DNA of 64,000 bases from Clostridia bacterium. Its GTDB lineage: Bacteria > Bacillota > Clostridia > Oscillospirales > CAG-272. The notes beneath the pieces were generated by a model that saw only the letters and a list, made by a program, of their open reading frames with translations, was not told where the DNA came from and did not search any database. Below, piece by piece: positions 28,709 through 38,902 of the stretch (its first letter is position 1; the number at the start of each line of letters is the position of its first letter). A program made the position numbers and the translations under genes. Location of the stretch: contig JAFVTH010000018.1 in NCBI GenBank assembly GCA_017503285.1, forward strand, positions 42,930 to 106,929. The letters run 5' to 3'.

Positions 28709-29857
28709 ATGGCAAACAGATTTATTCTCAACGAAACATCTTATTTTGGTGCCGGCTCCCGTGAGGTGCTTGGTGGCGAGGTTCAAAAAAGAGGCTACTC
28801 TAAGGCATTTATCGTAGCTGATAAGGACCTTATCCAGTTCGGTATCGTTGCAAAGGTTACAGACGCGCTTGAGGGCTTTCCTTACGAAATCTTTTCCGAT
28901 TTCAAGGCTAACCCAACTGTAAACAATGTTAAAGCCGGCGTTGATGCTTACAAAGCATCCGGTGCAGACTTTATTATCGCTGTTGGCGGTGGCTCTGCCA
29001 TTGACACAGCTAAGGGCATTGCTATCATTATTAATAACCCGGAGTTTTCCGACGTTGTTTCCCTTGAGGGTGTTGCTGACACAAAGAATAAGTGTGTTGA
29101 CATTATTGCTCTTCCTACAACTGCCGGTACTGCTGCTGAGGTTACAATCAACTATGTTATAACAGACGAGGAAAGCGGAAGAAAGATGGTTTGTGTAGAC
29201 CCTAACGACATTCCTGTTCTTGCTATTGTTGATGCCGAGCTTATGGCTACAATGCCTGCCTGTCTTACTGCTGCAACCGGTATGGACGCGCTTACACACG
29301 CTATTGAGGGCTACATCACAAAGGGTGCTTGGGAGCTTTCAAATATACTTGAAATCAATGCAATTAAGATTATTTCCGATAACCTAAGGGCTGCTACATA
29401 CGAGGGCGATAATATGAAGGCAAGAGAGCAAATGGCTCTTGGTCAATATGTTGCCGGCATGGCATTTTCTAACGTAGGTCTTGGCTGTGTACACTCAATG
29501 GCGCACCCACTTGGCGCGCGCTTTGACATTGCCCACGGTGTTGCTAACGCTCTTCTCCTTCCATATGTTATGGAGTTCAATATGCCATCCTGCGTGGTTA
29601 AATACGGCAGAATTGCTAAGGCTATGGGCGTTGATACAGCAAATATGACTAAGGAAGAGGCTGCACAGGCTGCAGTTGATGCTGTTAAGCAGCTTTCCTT
29701 GGACCTTAAGATTCCTCAAACTCTTCGCGAAATCAACATTCCAGAGGATGCTCTTGAGCAGCTTGCTAACGATGCATTTAATGATGTTTGCACAGGTGGT
29801 AACCCAAGAGATATTACCGAGGCTGACATTCTTGAGCTTTATAAGAAAGCATTTTAA
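28709..29857 (+). CDS. fucO: Lactaldehyde reductase (iron-containing alcohol dehydrogenase)
   Basis: MANRFILNETSYFG, GGGSAID, PTTAGT, DALTHAIE, HSMAH, DVCTGGNPR. Confidence 0.92.
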   Translation: MANRFILNETSYFGAGSREVLGGEVQKRGYSKAFIVADKDLIQFGIVAKVTDALEGFPYEIFSDFKANPTVNNVKAGVDAYKASGADFIIAVGGGSAIDTAKGIAIIINNPEFSDVVSLEGVADTKNKCVDIIALPTTAGTAAEVTINYVITDEESGRKMVCVDPNDIPVLAIVDAELMATMPACLTAATGMDALTHAIEGYITKGAWELSNILEINAIKIISDNLRAATYEGDNMKAREQMALGQYVAGMAFSNVGLGCVHSMAHPLGARFDIAHGVANALLLPYVMEFNMPSCVVKYGRIAKAMGVDTANMTKEEAAQAAVDAVKQLSLDLKIPQTLREINIPEDALEQLANDAFNDVCTGGNPRDITEADILELYKKAF

Positions 29858-29907
29858 TAATAAAATTAGGGCGTAACCTGCTTACGCCCTTTTTTATATT
29901 AATGATA

Positions 29908-29936
29908 TTGCAATAATATTATTTTTTTGATATAAT
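29908..29936 (+). promoter_or_regulatory. SigA promoter giving a probably leaderless transcript
   Basis: TTGCAA-17bp-TATAAT ending 7 bp before the ATG at 29944; no SD. Confidence 0.65.
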
Positions 29937-29943
29937 ATATTAT

Positions 29944-30621
29944 ATGAGTATTTTAGATGAAATTGTTAGCTGTAGTGAGCGCTCCTATGGGGACTTTACC
30001 TACAAGCTTATTCCTACAATCAAGCGTGAGGACATTTTAGGGCTACGCGCGCCTTTGGCAAGGAAAATTGCCAAAAAATATGCGGGGACAAAGGAGGGTG
30101 CGACATTTCTTTCCTCTCTGCCACACAGATATCATGACGAAAATATGGTACACGCCTTTATGCTTGGATATATGGGGGAAGGCTCTCTTTTATTTGCCAC
30201 GAGGTTTTTGGGTTATGTGGACAACTGGGCAGTATGCGACAGCCTTGCCTCAGGTGTTAAGGCTCTTTTTAAGGACAGAGAAAAAATGCTGCCTTATATT
30301 AAGTGCTGGCTAAAATCGGAACAGAGCTACAGGGTACGCTTTGGGCTTGTTTGTCTGCTTAACTACTATGTAGACAGAGAGCATATAGATGATGTTCTTG
30401 CCCTCTCTTGCAAAATCAAGAGTGATGAATACTACATAAACATGGCAAATGCTTGGCTTATCAGCGTTTGTCTTGTAAAGGAATATGAAAGCACAATTTC
30501 ACTTATAGAAAACGGTGCTTTTGATATTTGGACACATAACAAGGCAATACAAAAGGCTTTAGAAAGCTATAGAATTTCAAAGGAGAAAAAGGACTATTTA
30601 AGGTCCTTAAGAAAAAAATGA
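29944..30621 (+). CDS. DNA alkylation repair protein (AlkD-like)
   Basis: LGLRAP, VDNWAVCD, YYINMANAW, NKAIQKALESYR. Confidence 0.85.
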   Translation: MSILDEIVSCSERSYGDFTYKLIPTIKREDILGLRAPLARKIAKKYAGTKEGATFLSSLPHRYHDENMVHAFMLGYMGEGSLLFATRFLGYVDNWAVCDSLASGVKALFKDREKMLPYIKCWLKSEQSYRVRFGLVCLLNYYVDREHIDDVLALSCKIKSDEYYINMANAWLISVCLVKEYESTISLIENGAFDIWTHNKAIQKALESYRISKEKKDYLRSLRKK

Positions 30622-31052
30622 AGGTAAAGATTAAAAGGCTAAACGAAAGGGCTATTATACCAACCTACGGCTCTGACTATGCGGCAGGGGCTGACCTTTA
30701 TGCCTGCACAGAGGGCGAGGTTACTATTGATGCCGGTCAAACTGTGCTTATAAAGACAGGCCTTGCCCTTGAGGTGCCTGTTGGATATGGCGCTTTCATA
30801 TACGCAAGAAGCGGTCTTGCATCAAAGCGCGGTCTTGCCCCCGCAAACAAGGTGGGCGTTGTTGACTGCGACTATCGTGGAGAGGTTATGGTGGCGCTAC
30901 ACAACCATTCAAGCATTTCACAGACGATAAACCACGGCGAAAGGATTGCCCAAATGGTTATTGCACCATATATTACAGCAGAATTTGAAGAGGTAGATGA
31001 GCTATCCGAAACTATCCGCGGTGCAGGTGGCTTTGGCTCAACCGGTAAGTAA
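30618..31052 (+). CDS. dut: dUTP diphosphatase
   Basis: AGADL, RSGLA, GVVDCDYRGE, RIAQ, RGAGGFGSTG. Confidence 0.97.
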   Translation: MKVKIKRLNERAIIPTYGSDYAAGADLYACTEGEVTIDAGQTVLIKTGLALEVPVGYGAFIYARSGLASKRGLAPANKVGVVDCDYRGEVMVALHNHSSISQTINHGERIAQMVIAPYITAEFEEVDELSETIRGAGGFGSTGK

Positions 31053-31678
31053 TGATAGATAAAAATAAGGGCTACATTTTCTTTATAAGGCACGGGCAAA
31101 CCCAGTGGAATGTGCTAAGGAAAATGCAAGGCAGAGATGATATTCCCTTAAACGAGCTGGGGCTTAGCCAAGCCCACGAGGCAGCCGAGGGGATAAAAGG
31201 AGCTTGCGAAAACGCAGGCTTTAGGTTTAACAGGGTTATAACAAGTCCCCTTTTACGCGCTAAGAAAACAGGAGAGCTGATTGCCGCGGCTGTGGGCTGT
31301 CCTTGCTTTAGTGATGACAGGCTAATTGAGAGGGACTTTGGCATACTTTCCGGTACGCAATACAGCCCTAATAGCAAGGCTATTTCCGAGGACGTTTCGG
31401 TACAGGGGCTTGAGCCGCTTGATGATGTGCTGAGCCGTGTTACGGAGTTTGTAAAGGAAAATGCAAAAATCGGTGAGAATGTTTTGGCAGTCAGCCACGG
31501 CTCTGCCACTAAGATTTTTGCCCTTTCTGTAAAAAAAGCTCCTTGGGTTACAAATTATAACGAGCTTCTAAAAAATTGCCATATGATTGCCTATTCCTAT
31601 GACGGAAACCAGGTTGTTATGGAGGGATATAACCTATCCCCTGCTGATTTAGAGGCGTTTGTGAGGGAAAGCAAATGA
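31052..31678 (+). CDS. Histidine phosphatase family protein
   Basis: RHGQT, SPLLRA, ERDFG, VSHG. Confidence 0.9.
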   Translation: MIDKNKGYIFFIRHGQTQWNVLRKMQGRDDIPLNELGLSQAHEAAEGIKGACENAGFRFNRVITSPLLRAKKTGELIAAAVGCPCFSDDRLIERDFGILSGTQYSPNSKAISEDVSVQGLEPLDDVLSRVTEFVKENAKIGENVLAVSHGSATKIFALSVKKAPWVTNYNELLKNCHMIAYSYDGNQVVMEGYNLSPADLEAFVRESK

Positions 31679-32463
31679 GTGAAGAAAAAAGCGTGGCAAG
31701 GGTGCCACTTTCAAAAAACAAAGCCTTTAAGAGGGTTCTTTTCGGTGTGCTGGGTGTGCTTGCTGTTGCGGCTATTGTAGTTTTCATAATAATTACTGTG
31801 ATTAAGTTTACAGAGGACAGCAGTCCTAAATATGATGAAAGCTATCAATATGACGGTATTTCCTTAGTTGGCACCTGGCGTGAATACAATCACGACGATA
31901 GCGGTTACCTTTTATACGAATACAAATCAGATGGCACTATTACAAAGACATCCTATACCTATGGTATAAAAGATCAGCAAATTACCGGCACGTACAAGGT
32001 TTCCCTGCCTAACTCTATTACCATTGAATATGGGGACACAAGGGAAACTAGCAACTTCTCTATTGACGAAATAGGCACGCTTGTGCTTTACACCCTTGGA
32101 GATATGGGCTATGAGCATCGTGCATTTGTACCAAGTGACCTTACCTTTGCAAAGGGCGAGAACAAGCTTTTGGGTAGCTGGCGACTAAAGGAAAACAACG
32201 ATATAAGCATTACCTTTGGAAATGACGGATATGGTAATTTTGCGTATATTTCCAACCCTAACAAGAGAGATGATTTTGCTTACTCCTACAGAGGAGATAG
32301 CGAGCTTTATATGCTTTATGTAATCAGATTTGAGGGCACGCCGGATATACCCTCCGGCAGCATAATGGCGCCATCCTACAAGATTGAGGGCGATACCCTT
32401 ACCATTTACGGCAACGACGCAAATGGCGGTTATATTGAGCAGATTTACGAAAGGATAAAATAA
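31675..32463 (+). CDS. Hypothetical membrane-anchored protein with two LxGxW beta domains
   Basis: N-terminal TM helix; LVGTW and LLGSW repeats. Confidence 0.75.
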   Translation: MSEEKSVARVPLSKNKAFKRVLFGVLGVLAVAAIVVFIIITVIKFTEDSSPKYDESYQYDGISLVGTWREYNHDDSGYLLYEYKSDGTITKTSYTYGIKDQQITGTYKVSLPNSITIEYGDTRETSNFSIDEIGTLVLYTLGDMGYEHRAFVPSDLTFAKGENKLLGSWRLKENNDISITFGNDGYGNFAYISNPNKRDDFAYSYRGDSELYMLYVIRFEGTPDIPSGSIMAPSYKIEGDTLTIYGNDANGGYIEQIYERIK

Positions 32464-32464
32464 T

Positions 32465-33013
32465 ATGGAGCTATATGAAAAAAAGCTTTGCTCAAGACAA
32501 ATCTTTGACGGCAAGGTTGTAAAGCTTTATGTTGACACGGTAGAGCTACCAAACGGAAAAGAGGCTATACGTGAGATTGTGCGCCACCCCGGCGCTGTTT
32601 GCGTTGTTCCTGTTACAGACGACAATCAGGTGGTTATGGTGCGCCAATTTAGATATCCATTTAATGAGGTTTTGCTTGAAATCCCTGCCGGCAAGCTTGA
32701 AAAGGGCGAGGACCCGCTTGAGGCTGTAAAGCGTGAGCTTGAGGAGGAAAGCGGTGCTGTAGCCGGCAATATCCAACATATTGGCGAGCTTTATACTACT
32801 GTTGCTATTTTTGATGAAAAAATACAGATTTATCTTGCAACCGACCTAACCTTTAAGGACTCACATCCTGATGAGGATGAGTTTGTTGAGGTAACAAAAA
32901 TACCTCTTGACACTCTTGTTAATATGGTTATGAATGGGGAAATAAAGGACGCAAAAACCCAAATTGCCATACTTAAGGCTGATAGAATCTTAGCAACAAA
33001 ACATTCGAACTGA
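32465..33013 (+). CDS. nudF: NUDIX hydrolase, ADP-ribose pyrophosphatase-like
   Basis: REIVRHPGAV, QFRYP, EIPAGKLE...RELEEESG, DAKT. Confidence 0.85.
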   Translation: MELYEKKLCSRQIFDGKVVKLYVDTVELPNGKEAIREIVRHPGAVCVVPVTDDNQVVMVRQFRYPFNEVLLEIPAGKLEKGEDPLEAVKRELEEESGAVAGNIQHIGELYTTVAIFDEKIQIYLATDLTFKDSHPDEDEFVEVTKIPLDTLVNMVMNGEIKDAKTQIAILKADRILATKHSN

Positions 33014-33160
33014 ACTGTTTTCATCTCCGAGTGAATAAATCGGTAGAAAATCTTTTCGAGTTTTGTTGCAGTAAATTTAAAAATTTTCAATACAAAAGTC
33101 GGACAAAGGCTCGGCGATTTATCGCTCCGAGACAACTTAGTCCGAATCTTTTGTTGCTAG
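32991..33160. repeat. Inverted pair of ~80 bp hairpin units (MITE/REP-like)
   Basis: Ends TAGCAACAAAA / TTTTGTTGCTA; right half matches 51443-51523 in reverse complement. Confidence 0.75.
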
Positions 33161-33170
33161 GGGGCAGAAA

Positions 33171-34199
33171 ATGAATATTTTTGAAATAAAGAAAACAAAA
33201 ATGCTTGATGAGGCTACCTTTGGACACAAGCCGCAAAGCTTATTTATTGTTGTTCTTATCTTTATGCTGGTTTTCGCTATTGGCAGCGCTCTCCAAAGCC
33301 TGGTGGTTGCTATACCCTCTGCGGTTTATGCCGTAAACGCCTTGCTTTCTAACGAAGCCTTTCAGACGCTGATAGAGGGTGTTAGAAACGACACGGTAAC
33401 CAGCGAGGAATATGCGACCGCGCTGGAGCAGATTATGTCAGAGGTTGTAGCGGGCATTCCTGCTTGGATTTTCATCATTAGTCTTTTTGCAACCGTTGGC
33501 ACAATTGTGGCTGCCATCTTTTACTGCAAGAAATTTGAAAAAAGACCTATTTCCTCCTTGGGAATAAGAAAAAAGGGTGCTGTGGTTGAATATCTTTTGG
33601 GCGCAGGCATCGGCACTCTTATGATAGGTCTTGCTTATCTTATTGCTTATCTTACCGGCACTATTGATATTACTGTAAGCGAATATATAAGCCCTCTCAT
33701 TATTCTCTTTTTCCTTGGATATATAATCCAAGGTGCTTCAGAGGAGATTTTGGTGCGTGGCTACCTTATGGTATCCCTTGCAAGAGATACAAGGATTTTT
33801 GTGGCAATTATTTTGTCCTCTCTGTTCTTTGGTCTTATGCACCTTGGCAACCCTAATTTCGGACTTATTGCATTTATAAATATCATTCTCTTTGGTGTGT
33901 TCCTTGGCATTTACGTGTTCAAGCGCGGCAGCCTTTGGGGCGCTTGCGCTATACACACCATGTGGAATTTTGTACAGGGAAATGTTTTTGGCGTTAGCGT
34001 AAGCGGGCTTGGCATTATGCCATCATTCTTTACTACCACCGTTAGTGACAGCAAGGAATTTATAAGCGGCGGCGCATTTGGTCTTGAGGGCGGAATTGCC
34101 TCAACCTGTGTTTTACTGCTTGGTATACTTGTTGTTTTGCTTATTAAGACAAAGGAAAGCGAGGTTTCAGATTTTGAGCCTCAAATGAATATTTCTTGA
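33171..34199 (+). CDS. CPBP (CAAX/Abi) family intramembrane metalloprotease
   Basis: EEILVRG, FGLMH, HTMWN. Confidence 0.9.
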   Translation: MNIFEIKKTKMLDEATFGHKPQSLFIVVLIFMLVFAIGSALQSLVVAIPSAVYAVNALLSNEAFQTLIEGVRNDTVTSEEYATALEQIMSEVVAGIPAWIFIISLFATVGTIVAAIFYCKKFEKRPISSLGIRKKGAVVEYLLGAGIGTLMIGLAYLIAYLTGTIDITVSEYISPLIILFFLGYIIQGASEEILVRGYLMVSLARDTRIFVAIILSSLFFGLMHLGNPNFGLIAFINIILFGVFLGIYVFKRGSLWGACAIHTMWNFVQGNVFGVSVSGLGIMPSFFTTTVSDSKEFISGGAFGLEGGIASTCVLLLGILVVLLIKTKESEVSDFEPQMNIS

Positions 34200-34311
34200 A
34201 TAATATTCACTCCCCTTGCAAAAATATTCAATTGTACTTGACAAACAAATTTTTTATGCTATACTATAAAGGCAAATGCAATTTATATATAATATTTAAG
34301 GAGAAAACAAA

Positions 34312-35178
34312 ATGAAAAAGATTATTGCACTCGTACTTGCAACTCTTATGCTTGTTTGCACAGTTGTTGGCTTTACCGGCTGTAACCAAGACACAATCAT
34401 TGTTCAAACAAATGCATTCTTCGCACCATTCGAATATTATGAAGGCACAGAAATCGTAGGCGTTGACGTTGAAATTATGGCTATGGTTGGAGAAAGACTC
34501 AACAAGAAGGTTCAGTTTGACAACGTTTCCTTCTCTGCTATTATTGACAACGTTAAGGACGGCACTGTTTGCGATGCCGGTGCTGCCGGTATTACTATCA
34601 CAGATTCAAGAAAGGAAAAGGTTGACTTTTCTATTCCTTACTACACATCTGTACAGTATGTAATTATGCCTGTAAACTCCGAGCTTGCTACAAAGACCGT
34701 TGACGGTGTTGAGTATATGGTTTGGGAGGCTCTTGCAGGAAAGACCATTGGTGTTCAGATGGACACAACCGGTTATATCTACACAGATGGCGAAATTAAC
34801 GCAACAGAGGATAACGATTACGGCTATGAGGGTGTGCTCTACGGCACAGGCACAACCTGCACACCATTCAGCACAGCACAGCTCGCTGCTGACGGTATTA
34901 CTGCTAACCAAATCGATGCAGTTATTGTTGACGAGCTTCCTGCTCAATATATCGTTTCTAACAACTCCAGCTTCAAGTGTGTTCCTCTCTACTACTCCGG
35001 CGAAACAGATGCTGACGACGCTCCTGTTATGGAGGACTACGCTATTTGCGTAACAAAGGGCAACACAGAGCTTCTTAATGCTATCAATGCAGTTCTTACA
35101 GAGCTTTTGGTTGAAGACGAAAACGGTGTTTCACAAATCGAAAAGATGGTTATGAGACACATGGGTATGGAACAGTAA
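34312..35178 (+). CDS. Polar amino acid ABC transporter substrate-binding lipoprotein
   Basis: Signal peptide with FTGC lipobox, FAPFEY, GVDVEI, VDFSIPYY. Confidence 0.92.
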   Translation: MKKIIALVLATLMLVCTVVGFTGCNQDTIIVQTNAFFAPFEYYEGTEIVGVDVEIMAMVGERLNKKVQFDNVSFSAIIDNVKDGTVCDAGAAGITITDSRKEKVDFSIPYYTSVQYVIMPVNSELATKTVDGVEYMVWEALAGKTIGVQMDTTGYIYTDGEINATEDNDYGYEGVLYGTGTTCTPFSTAQLAADGITANQIDAVIVDELPAQYIVSNNSSFKCVPLYYSGETDADDAPVMEDYAICVTKGNTELLNAINAVLTELLVEDENGVSQIEKMVMRHMGMEQ

Positions 35179-35242
35179 TAATTTAACCGAGAAAGAGCTG
35201 TGCCACTATGCATAGTTCTTTTTCATTGTAAAGGATAAGAAA

Positions 35243-35935
35243 ATGAATTTTTTTCAACAATTAGGTACGCTTTTCTCAACTCCTAGATATTGGGAAATGC
35301 TTATGAAGGGCTTAGGCACTACACTTATGATATCTGTCTTTGCTGCAATTATAGGACTTGTGCTAGGTACTCTTGTAGCTATGGTTTCTATTGCAAAAAA
35401 GTCAAGGGCTATGGCTGTGCCAAAGTTCATTTGTAATTTTTATGTAACAATCATCCGCGGCACTCCAATGGCGCTACAGCTATTTATTATGGTGTTTGTT
35501 ATCTTTGCAATAAGGGGCTTCCCACGTGAGCTTACCGCAATTATCGCCTTTGGCATTAACTCCGGTGCATATGTGGCTGAAAATATCCGTGCAGGCATTT
35601 TGTCTGTTGATATCGGTCAAACAGAGGCTTGCCGTGCCCTTGGTCTTTCCTCCACTAAAACAATGACTAAGGTTGTTATTCCACAGGCTATTAAGAATGT
35701 TATTCCTGCTATCGGTAATGAGCTTATTGCTCTTATCAAGGAAACATCTATTGTTTATATGTTCGGTATTTACGACCTTACAATGGTGGCAACCATTATT
35801 GGTGGCGGTAACGAAATGTCAAGCTATCTTGTGCCAATGTGTGTGGCTGCCCTATTCTACCTTGGCATTGTTTATCTATTGACATTTTTCATCAGTCTTA
35901 TAGAAAAGAGGTTGAGAGCAAGTGATAAGCGTTAG
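35243..35935 (+). CDS. Polar amino acid ABC transporter permease
   Basis: [31 protein letters not shown]. Confidence 0.94.
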   Translation: MNFFQQLGTLFSTPRYWEMLMKGLGTTLMISVFAAIIGLVLGTLVAMVSIAKKSRAMAVPKFICNFYVTIIRGTPMALQLFIMVFVIFAIRGFPRELTAIIAFGINSGAYVAENIRAGILSVDIGQTEACRALGLSSTKTMTKVVIPQAIKNVIPAIGNELIALIKETSIVYMFGIYDLTMVATIIGGGNEMSSYLVPMCVAALFYLGIVYLLTFFISLIEKRLRASDKR

Positions 35936-36839
35936 AAATATTTATAAAAGCTTTGGCGACCTAAAGGTGCTTAAGGGTGTTTCCACCGAAATTCAGCAAG
36001 GGGAAAGGGTTGTTATTATCGGCCCCTCCGGCAGTGGTAAGTCAACTATGCTCCGTTGTATGAACCTTTTAGAGGAGCCAACCTATGGTGAGGTTTGGGT
36101 TGAAAACAGCCTGCTCACCCCTATTGACCCATATTTGCATTTTGATGTTATTAAGCTTTCAAATACATATAAATCACTTTTTAGTCAGCTTGTGGCTGAG
36201 GGTAAGAGTGAGGACGTGGCTGAAAATGAGGCTATTGCAAAAATCAAGGCTGATGACCTTTTGAAAAAAAACGAGGGCAAGGAATATAAGCTTGCTATCA
36301 AGTCCCTTGAAAAGGAAAACAGAATTGATATAAACCTTGCAAGGCAAAATATGGGTATGGTGTTCCAGCATTTTAACCTATTTAACAATCTAACAGTTAT
36401 TCAAAACCTTATGCTTGCCCCTGTTGAGCTGAAGCTCAAGACTAAGGAGGAGGCTGAGGCTGAAGCAATGAAGCTTCTTAAGAGAATCGGTCTTGAGGAC
36501 AAGCGAGATGAGTACCCATCTAAGCTTTCCGGCGGACAGAAGCAAAGAATTGCTATTGTGCGTGCGCTTGCTATGAATCCAAAGGTTATGCTCTTTGACG
36601 AGCCTACCTCTGCCCTTGACCCGGAAATGGTTGGAGAGGTTTTGGACCTTATTAAGGAGCTTGCTAACGAGGGTATGACAATGGTTATTGTTACACACGA
36701 GATGGGCTTTGCCCGTGAGGTTGGCACACGTGTGCTGTTTATGGACGAGGGCATTATTGCTGAGGAGGGTACACCAAGCCAGCTATTTGACAACCCACAA
36801 AACGAGCGTACACAAAGATTTTTGAAGGCTGTACTATAA
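35922..36839 (+). CDS. Polar amino acid ABC transporter ATPase (GlnQ-like) with internal insertion
   Basis: [35 protein letters not shown]; GTG start. Confidence 0.94.
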   Translation: MISVRNIYKSFGDLKVLKGVSTEIQQGERVVIIGPSGSGKSTMLRCMNLLEEPTYGEVWVENSLLTPIDPYLHFDVIKLSNTYKSLFSQLVAEGKSEDVAENEAIAKIKADDLLKKNEGKEYKLAIKSLEKENRIDINLARQNMGMVFQHFNLFNNLTVIQNLMLAPVELKLKTKEEAEAEAMKLLKRIGLEDKRDEYPSKLSGGQKQRIAIVRALAMNPKVMLFDEPTSALDPEMVGEVLDLIKELANEGMTMVIVTHEMGFAREVGTRVLFMDEGIIAEEGTPSQLFDNPQNERTQRFLKAVL

Positions 36840-36928
36840 TTTTTTTAGTTTTTTTGTCTAAATATAATGACATTTTATACAATATGTGGTAAAATACTAA
36901 GGTAAATTTACTTGAAGGGGGGATATAT

Positions 36929-37390
36929 ATGAAGTACGAAAAATCTTGCGGCACCGTTGTCTTTCGTAAAGCAAGAGGCAAATATGCTGTGCTTCTTATA
37001 AAAAATCGTTATACTGATTTTTGGTCCTTCCCTAAGGGACATGTTGAGGCCGGGGAAAATGAATATCAAACCGCCATCCGTGAAACAAAGGAAGAAACAG
37101 GCATTGATGTGAGAATTGAAAACGGCTTTCGCATGGAGTCCGTTTATCTGATTGGTAAGCGCAAGAACACAGAGAAAAAGGTTGTATACTTCACTGCTCT
37201 TACAACAAGAGCCTATGTTGTTCCGCAGGCTGAGGAAATTTCCGCCTTCCATTGGTTCTTTGAGGACGAGTTTCCCTATGACCATACCTTTGACAACGAC
37301 AAGCTGATTTTTGAGGAGGCTCTTAAGTTTATTAAGGGTCGCTTTGGAGAGGCTACTGAAAATACTACATTTTTCAAAAAACCACACTAA
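36929..37390 (+). CDS. NUDIX hydrolase, Ap4A hydrolase-like
   Basis: EKSCG, WSFPKGHVE...RETKEETG, KKVVYF. Confidence 0.85.
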   Translation: MKYEKSCGTVVFRKARGKYAVLLIKNRYTDFWSFPKGHVEAGENEYQTAIRETKEETGIDVRIENGFRMESVYLIGKRKNTEKKVVYFTALTTRAYVVPQAEEISAFHWFFEDEFPYDHTFDNDKLIFEEALKFIKGRFGEATENTTFFKKPH

Positions 37391-37406
37391 ATAAAAAAGC
37401 TCCTGC

Positions 37407-37949
37407 TTACTCTGCAGGAGCTTCTTTATATTCTGCTTTCAAGGTATCAAGCTCTATTTTCTGTAGCTCTATAACCTTATTTATAAATGATAGATATTCA
37501 TCATTTAGGTCAACGGTAATTGCGTCGTAGTAGCCCGTGTTCTTAAATACCATAATGTAGGCATTAGGGTTAAAAAGGTTGTGGGCGTATCTGTAAAAGA
37601 AGATTTTTTTATATTTTTCGCTAAGGCGTGCTTTTGTGCCATTATCCACCCTTGATAGGCAAACCAAATCTGCCATTGGATAATAGCAAACGTAAGAATT
37701 GCGCTTGCCTACCGCCTTGTCCACATAAAAATCGTAGCTTTTTTCCTTGGCGTTTAGCACATAGGTATATGTGGTAAGCTCAAAGCTGAGCAAAAGATAA
37801 ACTGCCGCCACAAGGCTAACCATTGCAAGCGAAAGATAGAGCCATCTGTACTGTGGGTTGTTTATCATAAGAAACAATACCGTTAGAAAAAACAGTATTG
37901 CATAAAGGATTCTAAGACCCTTGTCGTTGTGCTTTGGAGAATAATTCAT
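37407..37949 (-). CDS. Hypothetical protein with two N-terminal TM helices
   Basis: GAGG RBS, 180 aa ORF downstream of rpmF. Confidence 0.75.
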   Translation of the reverse strand: MNYSPKHNDKGLRILYAILFFLTVLFLMINNPQYRWLYLSLAMVSLVAAVYLLLSFELTTYTYVLNAKEKSYDFYVDKAVGKRNSYVCYYPMADLVCLSRVDNGTKARLSEKYKKIFFYRYAHNLFNPNAYIMVFKNTGYYDAITVDLNDEYLSFINKVIELQKIELDTLKAEYKEAPAE

Positions 37950-37997
37950 ATAACCTCTCTACGAAAAAAGGCTGGTAAAAGCACCAGCCTACTTTAC

Positions 37998-38183
37998 TTA
38001 TGCGTTTTCCTTCTTTACGATCTCTTTGTCGCCGTAATATCCACAAGCGGAGCAAACACGGTGTGTGAGATTGTATTCACCACATTTTGGGCACTTAACA
38101 GTTGAAGGTGCTGTCAATTTGCTGTTTTGGGATCTTCTCAAATTTGTACGAGAATGAGACTGCTTTCTCTTTGGTACTGCCAT
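37998..38183 (-). CDS. rpmF: 50S ribosomal protein L32
   Basis: MAVPKRK, CPKC..HRVCSAC. Confidence 0.97.
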   Translation of the reverse strand: MAVPKRKQSHSRTNLRRSQNSKLTAPSTVKCPKCGEYNLTHRVCSACGYYGDKEIVKKENA

Positions 38184-38243
38184 TGTGAGTAACCTCCTTT
38201 AGTGATACTGAAATTTTAATCGATAAATATTATACTACAAAAC

Positions 38244-38762
38244 TCAGTCATTTTCAAGTAGTTTTTGTAAAATTGCAAGTCTTGGATCGATTTCTTTTTT
38301 CTTCGGGCAATCGCACTGACCAAAATTTAGGTTTTTACCGCATTTTGAGCAAAGCCCTGCGCATTCCTCTTTACACAAAAGCTTTGATGGAAATTCAAGC
38401 ATTAAATCCTCTACCATTTCATGGTCGATGTCCAAGAGCCCATTTTTAACAACCACATATTCATCACTTTGGTCGTTTTGTAGAGTGCCTGAAATTGCAA
38501 CGGTACGATTGAATTCAAGAACGAATGTGCCAAAAACGTCCTCGAGACATCTTGCACAGCGGGACTGATAATCAATTTCGCAGCGCGCGCAAAGCGCCAT
38601 ATAGCCTGCGTTATCGGTTATATACCCCTTAACCCTTACAGGTGCTGTAAAAGAAACATCATCTGGTGGTATAATACAGTTTTCTTCACTTGCCTCAATT
38701 TGATAGTCAAAGTCGATCCTCTTGACCTTGCCACTGATAAGCGAGGTTATATCAAGTACCAT
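38244..38762 (-). CDS. DUF177/YceD family protein
   Basis: CARCL, LCKEECAGLCSKCG, DPRLAIL; canonical position upstream of rpmF. Confidence 0.92.
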   Translation of the reverse strand: MVLDITSLISGKVKRIDFDYQIEASEENCIIPPDDVSFTAPVRVKGYITDNAGYMALCARCEIDYQSRCARCLEDVFGTFVLEFNRTVAISGTLQNDQSDEYVVVKNGLLDIDHEMVEDLMLEFPSKLLCKEECAGLCSKCGKNLNFGQCDCPKKKEIDPRLAILQKLLEND

Positions 38763-38902
38763 ATCTCTACCTCCACCTAGCATTTCACAAATTTATATTA
38801 TAAATAAAATATGTTGTTTGTCAAGTATTTTTATTAAAAAACTTGCAGTATTTACAATTATGTGATACAATATTTTTAGTTTTTTAGAAGGGAGCTTTTG
38901 TT

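Noticed and set aside
33171-34199. Abortive-infection defence system
   Set aside because: The Abi name of CPBP proteases is historical; no defence context here
36123-36322. Intein in the ABC ATPase (and likewise in pgk)
   Set aside because: No Cys/Ser start or His-Asn end, and too short
36908-37387. 159 aa minus-strand ORF
   Set aside because: Antisense shadow of the NUDIX gene; the same applies to other antisense ORFs such as 55511-56194 and 28688-29299
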